A stretch of 64,000 nt of DNA, from positions 214,546-278,545 of the forward strand of contig CAWDSQ010000007.1 of NCBI GenBank assembly GCA_963804955.1, written 5' to 3'. The position numbers and the translations under genes were made by a program. This DNA comes from an uncultured delta proteobacterium. Lineage in GTDB: Bacteria > Desulfobacterota > WTBG01 > CAIYCZ01 > CAIRTM01. Positions 32,016 to 43,930 of this stretch are shown here, piece after piece; position 1 is the first letter of the stretch; each line of letters opens with the position of its first letter. The notes below the pieces were generated by a model. It was not told the DNA's origin and made no database searches. It saw only the letters and a program-made list of their open reading frames with translations.

Positions 32016-35000
32016 ATGAAATTTACCGATCTGTTCATACGCCGCCCTGTTCTCGCGCTGGTTATTAATTTAATAATCATCATCGCTGGGTTGCAGGCTA
32101 TCCGCTCTGTCAATGTCCGCCAGTTTCCGCGCAATGAAAACTCCTCCGTCACGGTCAAGACCGTGTATGTCGGGGCAAACGCCGAGCTGGTGCGCGGCTT
32201 TATCACCACGCCCCTTGAGCGCGCCATTGCCTCTGCCGACGGCATCGATTATATGCAGTCCCAAAGCAGCCAGGGTCTTTCAAGTATCACCATCCGGCTG
32301 AAGCTCAACTATGATCCGCTCAAGGCCCTTGCCGAGGTCAGCTCCAAGGTTGACCAGGTTCGGCAGGACCTTCCTCCCGAATCAGAAGTGCCGATCATTG
32401 ATGTCGTATCGGCGGACAGCCAGTTTGCGGCAGCCTATCTCAGCTACGAGTCCGACATTCTGGATCAGAACCAGATAACCGACTATCTCATCCGCATGGT
32501 GCAGCCCCGGCTTTCGGCCATTGAAGGCATGCAGCGGGCCCAGATCCTCGGCGACCGCACATTTGCCATGCGCATCTGGCTGCAGCCCGAGCGCATGGCC
32601 GCCTTCAATATCAGCCCGCTGCAGGTCCGGCAGGTTCTGGCCTCCAACAATTATCTTGCCGCCGTCGGCCAGACAAAAGGCGCGCTCATTCAGGTGAACC
32701 TGACGGCCAATACCGATCTGCATACGGCCGAGGAGTTTAAAAAACTCGTGATCCGCGAACAGGACGGCGCAATCGTGCGGCTTGAGGACATAGCCCAGAT
32801 CGCTCTCGGCGCCCAGGACTATGAATCCGAGGTTACGCTCTCGGGCCAGACCGCGGTTTTTATGGCCCTGTACCCGCTGCCCACTGCCAATACCCTCGAT
32901 GTTATAAATCGCGTCCGCACGGAGATGGAAACAATAGAGAAAAATCTGCCCGAGCGGCATCCGGATGCGCATCGGCTATGACGCGACCGATTACATTAAA
33001 AACGCGATCAGCGAAGTGCTCGGCACGTTGATCGATACCCTGCTCATCGTCATGGTTGTTATCTTTCTGTTTCTCGGGTCGATGCGCGCCGGTGTTTATC
33101 CCGATCGTTGCCATTCCCTTGTCACTTATCGGCGCTGTTTTTGTAATGCAGGCCTTCGGCTTTACCATTAACCTGCTGACGCTGCTTGCTATCGTGCTGT
33201 CGGTGGGGCTGGTGGTTGATGACGCCATCGTGGTGGTTGAAAACGTGGAGCGCCATTTGAGCGGAGGGCAAATCCCCCCTTGATGCGGCGCTGCTCGGGG
33301 CGCGCGAGCTTGTGGGCCCGATTATCGCCATGACGGTCACCTTAGCGGCAGTGTATGCGCCCATCGGGCTGCAGGGCGGCCTTACCGGCGCTTTCTTCAG
33401 GGAATTTGCCTTTACCCTTGCCGGGCGCGGTCATGATTTCGGGCATTGTGGCGCTCACCCTGTCGCCCATGATGGCTTCAAAAATGCTCAAGCCGGGCTT
33501 GAGCGAGCATGGGCTTGCGGGCCGTATCGAGCGCGATTTTGCCCGGTTCAAGGAACTGTACGGCCGCCTGCTGAACGTAACCCTGGATGCGCGGCCGGCA
33601 GTGTATGTGGTGTGGCTGGTGCTGAGCCTTGCGGCCATACCCATGTTTATCATGTCTCCCGCCGAGCTTGCTCCCATGGAGGATGAGGGCGCCATATTCA
33701 GCATTGTCGATGCTCCGGCAAATTCGGCCCTTGAACTGACCGCTCATTTTATCCATGCTGCAGATAAAATTTTTCAGGCCATTCCTGAAACGGACTTTAC
33801 CTTTGAGGTTATATTCCCCAGCTCGGGTTTCGGCGGTGTGATTACAAAACCCTGGAAGCGAGCGCAAGCGCACGGTGCAGCAGATACTGGCCGAGATGCA
33901 GCAGAAGCTGCGCTGCTATACCCGGCGTACGGCTTATGTCGATCACCCCGCCGCCACTGCCCGGCGGAGGTGATTTTCCGGTCGAGTTTGTCATAACCTC
34001 GACAGCCAGGCCTGAAGAGATTCTCGCCATTGCCCAGCAGATGCAGCTGAAGGCTATTGAGAGCCGCATGTTCGCTTTTCCGCCGCTTATTGATCTGAAA
34101 ATGGATCAGCCGCCAGTCCGAGCTTGTCATTGATCGCGACAAGGTGGCGGACCTTGGCCTCAATCTCCAGCAGGTCGGCGCTGATGTGGCCTCGATGCTC
34201 GGGGGCAACTATGTCAACCGCTTTAATATTGCCGGTCGCAGCTATAAGGTCATCCCGCAGATCCAGCGCAGCGACCGTCTCAACCCGGACCAGCTGCAGG
34301 AGATGTATATCAACGGGCCCAAGGGCCAGCTCGTGCCGCTCCGTACGGTCGCGGAAATAAAAAACTCCACGGTTGCCCGGTCGCTCAACCGCTTTCAGCA
34401 GCTCAACAGCGTGAAAATCAGCGGCGTGGCAATACGCCCTCTTGATGAGGCGCTGGGTTTTCTTGAAGCCGAAGCCGCAAAAATTCTGCCCGACGGCTAC
34501 ACGATCGATTATACGGGCGAGTCGCGCCAGCTCAGGACCGAAGGGCAGAAATTTCTGCCGGCCTTTCGTCCTTGCCATGGTGCTTATTTTTCTGGTGCTT
34601 GCAGCACAGTTTAACAGCTTTCAGCGATCCGCTTGTCATTCTTGCCGGCTCAGTGCCCCTGGCCATGTTCGGCGCGCTTATCTTCATGTTTCTGAAAATG
34701 CCCAGCCCCAATGTACCATTTTTCACAAACGGCTGGACCACGACGCTCAATATTTACTCTCAGGTGGGGCTGGTGACGCTGATCGGGCTTGTTTCAAAAA
34801 ACGGCATTCTTATCGTCGAGTTTGCCAACAAACTGCAGGAGCAGGGCCTTGCCAAGCGCGCAGGCCGTAATCGAGGCTGCCAGACCCGCATCCGCCCGAT
34901 TCTCATGATCAGTGTTGCAACCATTGCCGGCCACTTCCCTCTGACGCTGGTCACCGGCGCCGGCGCCGCAGCCAGAAACTCCATCGGCCTCGTGCTTGTG

Positions 35001-35087
35001 GGCGGCATGGCCATCGGCACCCTGTTTACCCTTTTTGTTATCCCCTCGATCTACATGCTTATCGCCCGCGACCATTCAAAAAACTGA
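32016..35087 (+). pseudogene. RND (HAE1/AcrB-like) efflux permease, fragmented into at least 7 ORFs by multiple indels
   Basis: ORFs 32016..32981, 33056..33283, 33355..33996, 34144..34614, 34572..35087 etc. all carry AcrB-like TM/periplasmic segments. Confidence 0.8.
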
Positions 35088-35261
35088 ATTCCTTTTTTCC
35101 GGCATGCGGCCGAGCACCTCGCCTGCCCCTGAGGCTGTGACGCCAGGCCCGTCAATGAAAACGGCTCTCGTCCGCACCACGTGAAGCGCAATAAAAAATA
35201 TTTCATAATATGAATAAAAAAGCTATACTTAAAACAACTGGAATATATTCCGTACGGAGGC

Positions 35262-36007
35262 ATGATGAGAAGTCCTACGCGCAGCACTTTTTTCTTTTTT
35301 ATACTCGCGCTGGCGCTGCTGCAGGGCAGCCGTGCTTACGCCGATACTGATCGGGCCCGCGACTGCTTATCTTCTGTTGATGCGGCAGCCCTGCCCCGCT
35401 ACGCCGCCGGCAAGCTTGACGAAATAAAGCGCATGATTGCTTCTTTTCCCCGGAACGAAATCAGCGCAAAAAATGAAGAGCAATCGTTGTATGAACTTAT
35501 CCGTATTGTTAAGACAACGCAATCAAGCTATCATGCGGTCAACTACGATGTTTTTGGATGGAATGATGTGCTTGAGTTTTTGTACCGGACAAATGTGGCA
35601 GCGGTAAAAAGGGGGATTGCGGTCACCAGAACTTTTATTGTTTCAGATGATACTTTGCAGAATGCCGTCATGCTTGAAAATCTGCTGGACATTATGGCAA
35701 CACACAGCAGGGACGGCATCAAGGTGTATTATGGCCTGCACCGGGAGATCATCAAAGACGCGGGGTATAATCAAATACGCTATGTATCGATGCCGGATTA
35801 AGCGATGGTGTGGTTCTGGCCCAGGTGAAGGCTGTCAGCATATACGGGCCGCAGCCTTCGTATCTTGATATAACGTGGGACAAGGAAATTTTAAAAAAGA
35901 AAAACCCCTTCCCGTTTTTGAAAAACAGCGCCCATATTTATCCCTATAATGAAGCTGCTGAAAAAAAGCTGCGCGGCCTTGCTGCAACTCCCGCGCCGGT
36001 GCAGTAG
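35262..36007 (+). CDS. secreted hypothetical protein, apparently frameshifted near 35800 (35262..35801 + 35810..36007)
   Basis: signal peptide; downstream ORF continues same protein in another frame (…IRYVSMP|GLSDGVVLAQVKAV…). Confidence 0.4.
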
Positions 36008-36054
36008 GACGGGGCAGTGGTCCGCATGTTTAAAGACGGCCCCCAACTCTGCGT

Positions 36055-36726
36055 TTATATAATCAGGTAGGCAAGCAGGGTTATTTCTATTGATAGATGG
36101 GCAAGAAGGGGCAGGAGCACGTTTTTACGCTTATAGCTCCAGTAGGTGAGAACGATGGATAAGAGCAGCATGCCCAATGCCTCCGGAATTGATTTTTGCA
36201 GATGAAACAGAAATTCAAAGGCCGGAATGAAACAGGGGCCGATTTTGCCCAGCACTGCCTGCAGGTACTTCATGAGAAAAACGCGATGGAGAAATTCCCA
36301 TCCGATCAGCCACGAGGACAGCCAGATAAGATAGCCCGTCGCATAGGACCACTTCATTGCGCCGCTGAGATGTGATTGGGGCTGATAGTACTGGTTGAGC
36401 ACCGGTATGAATTTGATGAGATAGACGCCGCAGGCGCCCAGCAGCATTAAAGCGATCAGCAGCCAGGCATCGGTTTTTTTCCATCGAGCGAACGTAAAGA
36501 CCCGGATGTCAAGATCCCGCCACATAAGCAGCACGGGAATGCCCAGCCACAAAATCGCCGTCGACATTTCAAATCCGTTTTTTAATCGCCAGTAGAATAT
36601 CGACCAGTCAATGATCCACTGGGTGTGATTCGTCGATAGCGAGTCAACCGTGAGGGCAAAAACGGCATACAGAACCATTATGATGGCGTATGCTGTTTTT
36701 GCAGGCCGCTGTTGAGCGTCTTTCAT
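36055..36726 (-). CDS. CPBP (CAAX protease/Abi, PF02517-like) family intramembrane protein
   Basis: multi-TM; …IGWEFLHRVFL… resembles EExxxR motif; weak. Confidence 0.4.
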   Translation of the reverse strand: MKDAQQRPAKTAYAIIMVLYAVFALTVDSLSTNHTQWIIDWSIFYWRLKNGFEMSTAILWLGIPVLLMWRDLDIRVFTFARWKKTDAWLLIALMLLGACGVYLIKFIPVLNQYYQPQSHLSGAMKWSYATGYLIWLSSWLIGWEFLHRVFLMKYLQAVLGKIGPCFIPAFEFLFHLQKSIPEALGMLLLSIVLTYWSYKRKNVLLPLLAHLSIEITLLAYLII

Positions 36727-36789
36727 ATGCAGGGGAATTAAGCTTATGTACGGTTTTTTCGATGTCCGGTATCCTTGCCAGTGCTGCCA

Positions 36790-37302
36790 TTATTTGAGAT
36801 AGGTTTGGAGAACTGTTTTGAAGGTTTCTTCAGCGATGCCCGGTGCAGCCTGCCACCAGATAACAGTCATGCCCTTTTGAAAGAAGAAATGCTTCAGTCC
36901 TGAGCCGGTTGTCTCATATATATCCTGCTCCGGGCCGGGCCTTTTAGCAGGAGGGCTGAAGCCTGCGGGACCGTCGGCCATTTTGGAGAGCATCCGCTCA
37001 AAGGCCCTGCGTGCCTGCTCATCATTCATGAAGGCGCTTATATAGAGAACATTGTTTGAATCTGCGCCCCCATAGTAGCCCACTGCCGAGGTGGAGCCGC
37101 TGTTAGCCTTGCCATGCATATTGTAGATAAGCTTATTGGCTTCAACGCCCTCAACCGTGCGGGCAAGGGCAAGGCTGCCTATTGCGGCAGGCAGTTTGGG
37201 CGCCGGCGCTTTTTCAGGGCCGGCGCATGATGAAAAGAACGCTATGCAGAGCAGGCTTTGTGCCGCAATGCGGGCAACTGCTTGTATGGATTGTCTGTGC
37301 AT
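36790..37302 (-). CDS. hypothetical lipoprotein
   Basis: lipobox …FFSSC…. Confidence 0.4.
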   Translation of the reverse strand: MHRQSIQAVARIAAQSLLCIAFFSSCAGPEKAPAPKLPAAIGSLALARTVEGVEANKLIYNMHGKANSGSTSAVGYYGGADSNNVLYISAFMNDEQARRAFERMLSKMADGPAGFSPPAKRPGPEQDIYETTGSGLKHFFFQKGMTVIWWQAAPGIAEETFKTVLQTYLK

Positions 37303-37345
37303 GTCATTATTTCCTTTTAATTTTTTTTGATAAGGTGCTCAATTT

Positions 37346-38070
37346 TCATCTAACATTGGAAGCCGGTGCTGTGTCGGGAGAAATATAGAATTCCCGAAAC
37401 GCTAAAATGCCCATGGTCACATAGCATATCGTTTTGGGAATCATCAGCATGCCCACGGCAGGGAAACGGTCGAACAGGAAAACAACCGGGGCATAGCAGG
37501 CGAAAGAAACCAGTATGAGTATGGCAATTCGCCGCAGCAGCGTGTCGTTGGCCGCAAGTGAGTCACGGAGTATCAGGGCAGCCAGCCCGAGCTGCATGAG
37601 CATGAGCGGAATATTGCGGTATATGTACAGGGGGCCACCGCCGAAAGATTTGTTCCAGCCGTTGTCGGGATGCATCATGATGAAACAGCGAATGACGGCA
37701 AGGGCAAAAAGAGCCCAGCCCCATATGCCGATATCTTTTTTGTAGCGCGCAGCCCAGGCCAGTATCATCGCCCCGTAAAACAGCGTGAAGGTTACGGCAG
37801 TGGCCAGGCCGCCCAGCGGCACGAGAAATAAATTCGAGCCGAAGATGGTGACCGGCTCAGCAGTTTTGTTCAGGGCAAACGCCAGCACCTGGAAACCCAC
37901 ATGGGCCGCATCGCCGATGGCGAGAAAGAGAAAGGCCAAAAGGATGAATGCGGCGGTGCGCCTGTCGGAATCGGAAACCTGCCGCCTGCGCCGCCACATA
38001 GCCCCGACAAGACAGCAAATGGTGATCAGGTACAGCACATTGAAAGGCATTTCAAATAAAGCGCGCATGA
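37346..38070 (-). CDS. hypothetical multi-pass membrane protein
   Basis: start at MRALFEM; 6-7 predicted TM helices. Confidence 0.45.
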
Positions 38071-38158
38071 TGGCAGTCTCCTCCTCTATGGGTTGTGTCA
38101 GTTCGTGGCGGTTGTAATCCGTCGTTTTTATTATGTTGTTATCAAAAATTATCTCAGA

Positions 38159-38460
38159 TGTAGATACTATGAAGGAAAGGATCATTTGACAGGCGTCAGT
38201 CTCGGGTATGCTTATAAAGTCAGATCAATAACTTTTAGCATAAGGAGACAAACATGGCGAACTATCAAATGATCCAAACCGAGGCAAAGGATAGCACAGG
38301 TAAGCAGGTTTTGTACATATCCCTTGAACTGTCCAACAAGAAATGGAAACTGACGTTTGGGGACGGGCAACGCAGGAGGGAGCGAACAATAACATCCGCA
38401 GATCTTGCAATGGTTCAGGAAGAGCTGGTCAAGGCGAGGAAGCATTTTAGACTGTATGCC
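38159..38460 (+). mobile_element. truncated IS110-family remnant (5' end + first ~70 codons of transposase)
   Basis: MANYQMIQTEAKDSTGKQVLYISLELSNKKWKLTFGDGQRRRERTITSADL… nearly identical to N-terminus of 10733..11875 product, then diverges. Confidence 0.8.
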
Positions 38461-38696
38461 AATCTGCCATTTTTTGCTTGTATGATTCCGGCGGGTTGGC
38501 GCCCGCCCTACGTTCTACCTTCTGTGTTTTGCATTATGTGGTGGATTCGCTGCGCTTAATCCACCCTACGGCTTCTGTACCCTGATTCCTGATCCCCGAC
38601 CCCGGACCCTGCTTTTATTAATCCTTCACCTTTACGGTTGACATATGATAGTATAGATTATATTTCAGTTACAATCATTGTATCGGGAGAATTTTT

Positions 38697-39182
38697 ATGA
38701 ACGAAATAGCTGAACTGCTGCAGAAAGACGCACGGCTCACAGCCGAAGACATCGCCTCCATGCTCAACAAGAGCGTCGAGGATGTGCGCGATAAGATTCG
38801 CCAGATGGAGGATGACGGCACCATTATTAAGTACAGCGCCGTCATCAATGAAGAGAAGCTGCCGAAGCAGAAGGACAAGGTCGTTGCTTTTATTGAAATA
38901 CAGGTGCAGCCCGAGCGCGAAAAGGGCTTTGACGCCATTGCCGAGCGCATTTACCAGTTTCCGCAGGTTACGTCGCTGTATCTTATGTCGGGCCGCTATG
39001 ACCTGCTGGTCGTGGTGGAGGGAGACAACCTGAAGGATGTGGCTTTTTTCGTGTCCGACAAGCTTTCAACCCTGGATAATGTCAAGAGCACGGCCACCCA
39101 TTTTCTACTGAAGAAGTACAAGGAAAACGGCACCATGCTGTTCAAACAAAACAAGCTGGAGCGGCTCAATGTTGCGCTTTAA
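38697..39182 (+). CDS. Lrp/AsnC family transcriptional regulator
   Basis: 161 aa HTH + RAM domain. Confidence 0.85.
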   Translation: MNEIAELLQKDARLTAEDIASMLNKSVEDVRDKIRQMEDDGTIIKYSAVINEEKLPKQKDKVVAFIEIQVQPEREKGFDAIAERIYQFPQVTSLYLMSGRYDLLVVVEGDNLKDVAFFVSDKLSTLDNVKSTATHFLLKKYKENGTMLFKQNKLERLNVAL

Positions 39183-40311
39183 CAACCGCATCGAGCAGAT
39201 GCCGCCATCGGGCATCCGCAAATTTTTTGATCTCGTGATCGACGCCAAGGATATTATCTCCCTTGGCGTGGGCGAGCCGGATTTTGTCACGCCCTGGCAT
39301 GTGCGCGAGCGGGTGTTCTATTCCCTGGAGCAGGGCCGCACGAGCTATACCTCGAACTGGGGCCTCATGGAGCTGCGCAAGGAAACGGCAAAATATCTCA
39401 AAGACCGCTTTGCCGTGACATATGACGCCAACGAAATTATGATTACCGTGGGCGTGAGCGAAGCTGTGGATATCGCCCTGCGCACGATATTAAACGAGGG
39501 CGATGAGGTAATTCTGCCCGAGCCCACCTATGTGTGCTACCGGCCCCTTGCCGAGCTTGCGGGCGCAAAGGCCGTGGCGGTGAGCAACCCGAGCTTCAAG
39601 ATCACGGCAGATGATATTGAAAAAGCCGTAACGCCAAAAAGCAAGGTGATAATACTGTCCTATCCCTCAAATCCAACGGGCTACACCATCGACCGGGCCG
39701 AAATCGAAAAGATAGCCGAGATTGCCCGGAAGCATGACCTGTGGATTATTTCAGACGAAATTTATGGCGAGCTCACCTATGAAAAAGAGCACTTCTCCAT
39801 AGCGGCGGTACCGGGCATGAAGGACCGCGTTATCCTCATGAACGGATTCTCCAAGGCCTTTGCCATGACAGGCTGGCGCCTTGGCTATATTGCAGCGTCA
39901 AACGATTTTCTTGAGCAGGCCGTAAAAATCCATCAGTATGCCGCTCTGTGCGCTCCCATCATGGCCCAGTACGCAGCCATTGAATCTCTGCAGCGGGGCA
40001 TGCCTGAAATGGAAGAGATGAAAAAAAGCTACTGGCGGCGGCGCAATTATATGTTCGAAGCGCTCAATAAAATAGGCATGACGGTGAACCGGCCCGAAGG
40101 CGCGTTCTATATCTTTCCTTCCATCGAGTGCTCAAAGCTCTCCTCGGAGGATTTCGCCCTGGGGCTGCTGGAAAAGCAGCGCGTGGCTGTTATTCCCGGT
40201 GATGTATTCGGCCTTGGCGGCGAGGGCCGCGTTCGCATCTGCTATGCCATCGACTTTGAGCTTTTGAAGGAGTCTGTGGCGAGGATGGAAAAATTTATTA
40301 AATCTTTATAG
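39169..40311 (+). CDS. class I/II PLP-dependent aminotransferase
   Basis: 380 aa; …SKAFAMTGWRLGY… Lys-containing motif. Confidence 0.85.
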   Translation: MLRFNNRIEQMPPSGIRKFFDLVIDAKDIISLGVGEPDFVTPWHVRERVFYSLEQGRTSYTSNWGLMELRKETAKYLKDRFAVTYDANEIMITVGVSEAVDIALRTILNEGDEVILPEPTYVCYRPLAELAGAKAVAVSNPSFKITADDIEKAVTPKSKVIILSYPSNPTGYTIDRAEIEKIAEIARKHDLWIISDEIYGELTYEKEHFSIAAVPGMKDRVILMNGFSKAFAMTGWRLGYIAASNDFLEQAVKIHQYAALCAPIMAQYAAIESLQRGMPEMEEMKKSYWRRRNYMFEALNKIGMTVNRPEGAFYIFPSIECSKLSSEDFALGLLEKQRVAVIPGDVFGLGGEGRVRICYAIDFELLKESVARMEKFIKSL

Positions 40312-40313
40312 AA

Positions 40314-40350
40314 AAATGAAGCGCCCCTGCAGGGGCGTTTTTTTATTGAG
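40314..40350 (+). terminator. intrinsic terminator (gcgcccctgcaggggcgc + T8)
   Basis: seen in sequence. Confidence 0.6.
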
Positions 40351-40362
40351 ACGGGAGTATGT

Positions 40363-40920
40363 ATGAAGTGCCTGTACTGCGCCGAGGAGATCAAAGACGA
40401 GGCGAAGCTGTGCCGGTTCTGCGGAGCGCGCCTGTCTGACGGCCAGTGGCAGCCTCCTTCCGCACCGGCGGGAGCCGCAGGCCGGCGCAGCTTCACCATG
40501 CTCACCACGGGCTGGCTGCTGGCGCTGTCCGGTGCGTGGATGCTGGTCATGTGCAACTCCCCGGTGCCGCTGTTCGGCTCGGTGCGCGGCGGTATCGTCG
40601 CTGTGCTGTACAACGGTGTTTTCGGCGTGCTTATGCTGGCCATGGGATATGCTCTGGCCGGCCGCAAGCCATGGGCTCTTACGGCAACGGCTGCCGCCAC
40701 TGCCGCCTATACGCTGGACAAGGTGCTTTTTATTTTCGATACTCCCGCGCGGCTCGCATCACTGAAAGATGGTTCGCAGCTGCTTAATTCCCTGGGCCCG
40801 GGAATGGACTCAATGGTTGATCAGGTGGCGGTGGTGATGGCGGCTTCGTTCCTGGCGGGCTGGTGGGGGCTTGTTATCTATATTTATCTCAAGCGCGGCT
40901 ATTTCCGGCAGGATGCATAG
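40363..40920 (+). CDS. zinc-ribbon (CxxC…CxxC) membrane protein
   Basis: MKCLYCAEEIKDEAKLCRFCGA… + 4 TM. Confidence 0.5.
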   Translation: MKCLYCAEEIKDEAKLCRFCGARLSDGQWQPPSAPAGAAGRRSFTMLTTGWLLALSGAWMLVMCNSPVPLFGSVRGGIVAVLYNGVFGVLMLAMGYALAGRKPWALTATAAATAAYTLDKVLFIFDTPARLASLKDGSQLLNSLGPGMDSMVDQVAVVMAASFLAGWWGLVIYIYLKRGYFRQDA

Positions 40921-40983
40921 CTCACATCGGGTGGGTGAAACTCAATATTTAGGAATTAAGTAAAAAAAGTTCCTCGCCCCCGG

Positions 40984-41160
40984 AGCCTGTGTCGCAATTG
41001 ATTTATTTGGTTATCTCCAATGCTGAACCTGTATGTGGTCGTTAATTTCATCGCAAAATTTTGTCATTTCGAAGGAGCGGAGCGACTGAGAAATCTTAAG
41101 CACATGCAAAGATCTCTCCCGCAGTCTGCCCTGAGCGAAGTCGAAGGGGTCGAGACATGA
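40984..41160. repeat. rearranged/inverted member of the MITE-like repeat family
   Basis: contains left-TIR-like gcctgtgtcgcaatt and reverse-complement blocks (ttgtcatttcgaa, gagaaatcttaag, aaagatctctccc, gtcgaaggggtcgagacatga). Confidence 0.45.
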
Positions 41161-41296
41161 ATATAAAAACAGAGCTTTCGTTCAGCCACTATATAGCTCC
41201 GGGCTGCTGGAGAAGGGCCTCCGTACAGGCAAAAACAGCATCACGATTCGCTTCACGAAGAGAGATATTCTGGGGTATGGATACACTGCCATAAAA

Positions 41297-42828
41297 CTAT
41301 TTCAAGCTGCCCGTGCAAACGCTGCCGGCACAGGCCGCCCTGCCCTGCGGCTGCTCGAATACAACCTGGCCGGATACCTGCGGCGCATCGATAAAACCGT
41401 AATGCCGCCCCATCCAGTAGGGCAAAATAAAATCAAGTCCGGTGGCCTCATTCAGGCCCCCGGTGTTCACCTCCCCGTCACCCGTGCCAAACGGGTCCTT
41501 CTGCCAGATGAAATACTCCGTCGGCTTGCGCAGATGCACCGGTACGACAAAGTCGCTCACATCGCCGTAGAGCAGCACCGGCCGCGGCGGATAATAGTCT
41601 TTGCCGTGCAGCGGCGAGCTCCAGTCGCGCAGCGGCTTCAGCGACAGTTCCCGCAGGCTGCGGGTTGCCTCATCCAGCCTGGACGCATCACCTGATGCAG
41701 CGGCATACAAAAAGTTAAAATGGGTGTTCCTGTGGTTCTGCACATAGCGCCAGATATGCTTTTCCATATAGTCCGCAACGGTAGCCCTGCGCCGGCGGTC
41801 ATTGTCCAAAAGGTGTACGGTAAAGCTCCGGGCGAACCTGAGGTTATAGGAAAAATAGCCGTCAAGCAGGCTCCTGCGGTTAAACAGCGCTTCGGCATTG
41901 CCGTCGTTCAGGCAGAAGGCCCCGGCAAAAGCTCTTTTGTACAGCCGGTCAATGCGCTTGTACTCAGCCCCGCCAACCCCTTCGCGCTGCTCCAGCGCGG
42001 CCCGGTACACCGCCAGCAGCTGCACCCGCAGCAGCCCTGACACCAGAATGGCTGTGGTTCCTGTTGTGCCCTCATGGTCTTTGATCACGAACCCGGTCGC
42101 CTGGAGCCGCCCCCACACGGCGCGGATCACGGCCTGCAGAATGTCTCTGACCTGCTGCACAGCGGCTGCGGTCTGCGCGCTGTAGCCGGCAGGCTCAAGC
42201 TCTGCCAGAGCAACGCCTATACCATACAGAATGCCGGTCAGCTGGTCTCGGGTAGCCCGGGTATAATAGATCATCGCTGGATAGCAGGCCGACGGGTTGC
42301 CGATGTCCGGAATATCAGTTGGGCTCTCATATACATAGCCGCGGTCGATCCGGTCCTGCCAGGCCTCGGGATAGCGCCACTGCGCGGCCTGCGCAGCGGG
42401 AAACGCACACCGGGCAATCACGCCCGGCGTACCGCTCACATGGGTCAGGATATGCAGGCCGCGCGCAGCTTCAAACACCGCGTCAAGATCGCGAGCCTCG
42501 CCTGTCGTGATGAAGCGGTAGACCGCACCGGCGAGATAAAATCCGGTAAAGATGGCGCTGTCGCCGCCTGTTCCGTACAGGGATGGCTCTCCATCCGCCT
42601 CCTCAGCATACCGGCCCTGCCAGATAATGCCGTTCACACTGTGATGCGCCTGATAGTTTTCCTCAAGCATGGCTGCCCGCGCATACAGATCCCCGTTGCT
42701 GACCGCATCGGGATCAAGATCAAGAAGATAGCTTAAATCCTGCGCATGGGCGGCAGGGCACAGTATGCCCGCAGTCTGGCTGCCGGCCAGCACCATGAGC
42801 GCGAGCAGTTTCAGGCAAAGCTTTTGCA
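41297..42828 (-). CDS. large secreted hypothetical protein (511 aa)
   Basis: start at MQKLCLKLLALMVLAGS… signal peptide; no recognised catalytic motif. Confidence 0.5.
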
Positions 42829-43029
42829 TGGCATCTCCTGACAGATACAGGCACCGGCGATTCAAGAAGTACGAAATCCGGCAGCAACTCACTGTGGAAT
42901 ATTCTACATAAGGATATAGTGCGAGGCCGGCTGTGAGTCAAGGGTACTGCCTGAAGCAAGTGCCCGCAGAGGGCGGTACGTAAAAACTGAAAAAGCAGCA
43001 CGCTGCGAAGGTACGGCGTGGTTTCCGGC

Positions 43030-43235
43030 TTTAAGCGGTATGTACCGCACTGTCTTTCGGTGCAGCCGAAACACGGTTCAGTTTGCATCATAGGGGATTG
43101 ATACTTGATGGAACATGCTGCAGCCGGATAGGTCACTGTGCTTTAGAACACACCGGGGCGAGATACCGGCGGTGAAAACGTGAGTCGGTCAGGTATCGCA
43201 GGCCGGATATTGATTTTATCATGGACGCCACCCGG
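43030..43235 (+). repeat. degenerate UmuC-like 3'-end remnant, copy 1 (…RTVFRCSRNTVQFAS*GIDT*WNMLQPDRSLCFRTHRGEIPAVKT*) ending in 'gcaggccggatattgattttatcatgg'
   Basis: similarity to copies at 46585-46770 and 50655-50900; matches conserved UmuC C-terminal pattern …G(R)xTxxFAxxGIxxxWxMxxxxxSPxYTTxWxEIPxV. Confidence 0.5.
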
Positions 43236-43319
43236 GGATTCTGATACATACTACCTGCTCAAGCACCCGCCTGCCGGGGGAGGGCTTTTGCCTGCTGTAC
43301 GAAGGGAGATTATACCGCT

Positions 43320-43796
43320 ATGCACCGTAAGATATTTAAAGCAATACTGAAAGCAATGCCGAAATCCGGCGGCACGGATACCGGCCGCAGCAGCAGTGCA
43401 GACAGAGAGCTGCAGATTGCAACCTGCGCGCTTCTTCTTGACATTGCTCATGCTGACAATGAGTTTTCACCGGAAGAGGAGCTGAAAATAGAGCAGCTTA
43501 TGCGCGGTCATTTCGCGCTGTCGGAAGAGGCTTTTCTTGAAATAAAAAAGCTCTCCGAGCAGAAGCTCAAAGGCAGCATCGACCTGTGGCAGTTTGCCAA
43601 AACAATAAAAGAGCAGTATTCCTACCGGCAAAAAGAGAAAATTATCGAGATGCTGTGGGCTGTTATTTACACTGACGACTCGCTGCATGCCCACGAAGAC
43701 TATCTTGTGCACAAGCTTGCAACAGTGCTCAACCTTGATCATGGAAAGCTGATTGACGCAAAGATGAAAATCCTCGGGCAAAGAAAGGCGGACTGA
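43320..43796 (+). CDS. TerB-like (tellurite-resistance TerB/DUF533-like) domain protein
   Basis: 158 aa helical protein; …EEELKIEQLMRGHFALSEEAF…IYTDDSLHAHEDYLVHKLATVLNL…. Confidence 0.55.
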   Translation: MHRKIFKAILKAMPKSGGTDTGRSSSADRELQIATCALLLDIAHADNEFSPEEELKIEQLMRGHFALSEEAFLEIKKLSEQKLKGSIDLWQFAKTIKEQYSYRQKEKIIEMLWAVIYTDDSLHAHEDYLVHKLATVLNLDHGKLIDAKMKILGQRKAD

Positions 43797-43930
43797 AACA
43801 GCAGGTATTGAAAGAGTTGCCCGCGAAAAAGCGGGACGTCACCCTGAATAGTTCCTGCAATACAGTTAATTCAGCAACGTTCCCTGGCTGCCCCTTGAAG
43901 TTATTGATATAGTTATGGGACGCACCCTGG

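Noticed and set aside
42074-42736. 220-aa plus-strand ORF
   Set aside because: Antisense to the 511-aa secreted protein gene. Arg/Gly-rich shadow.
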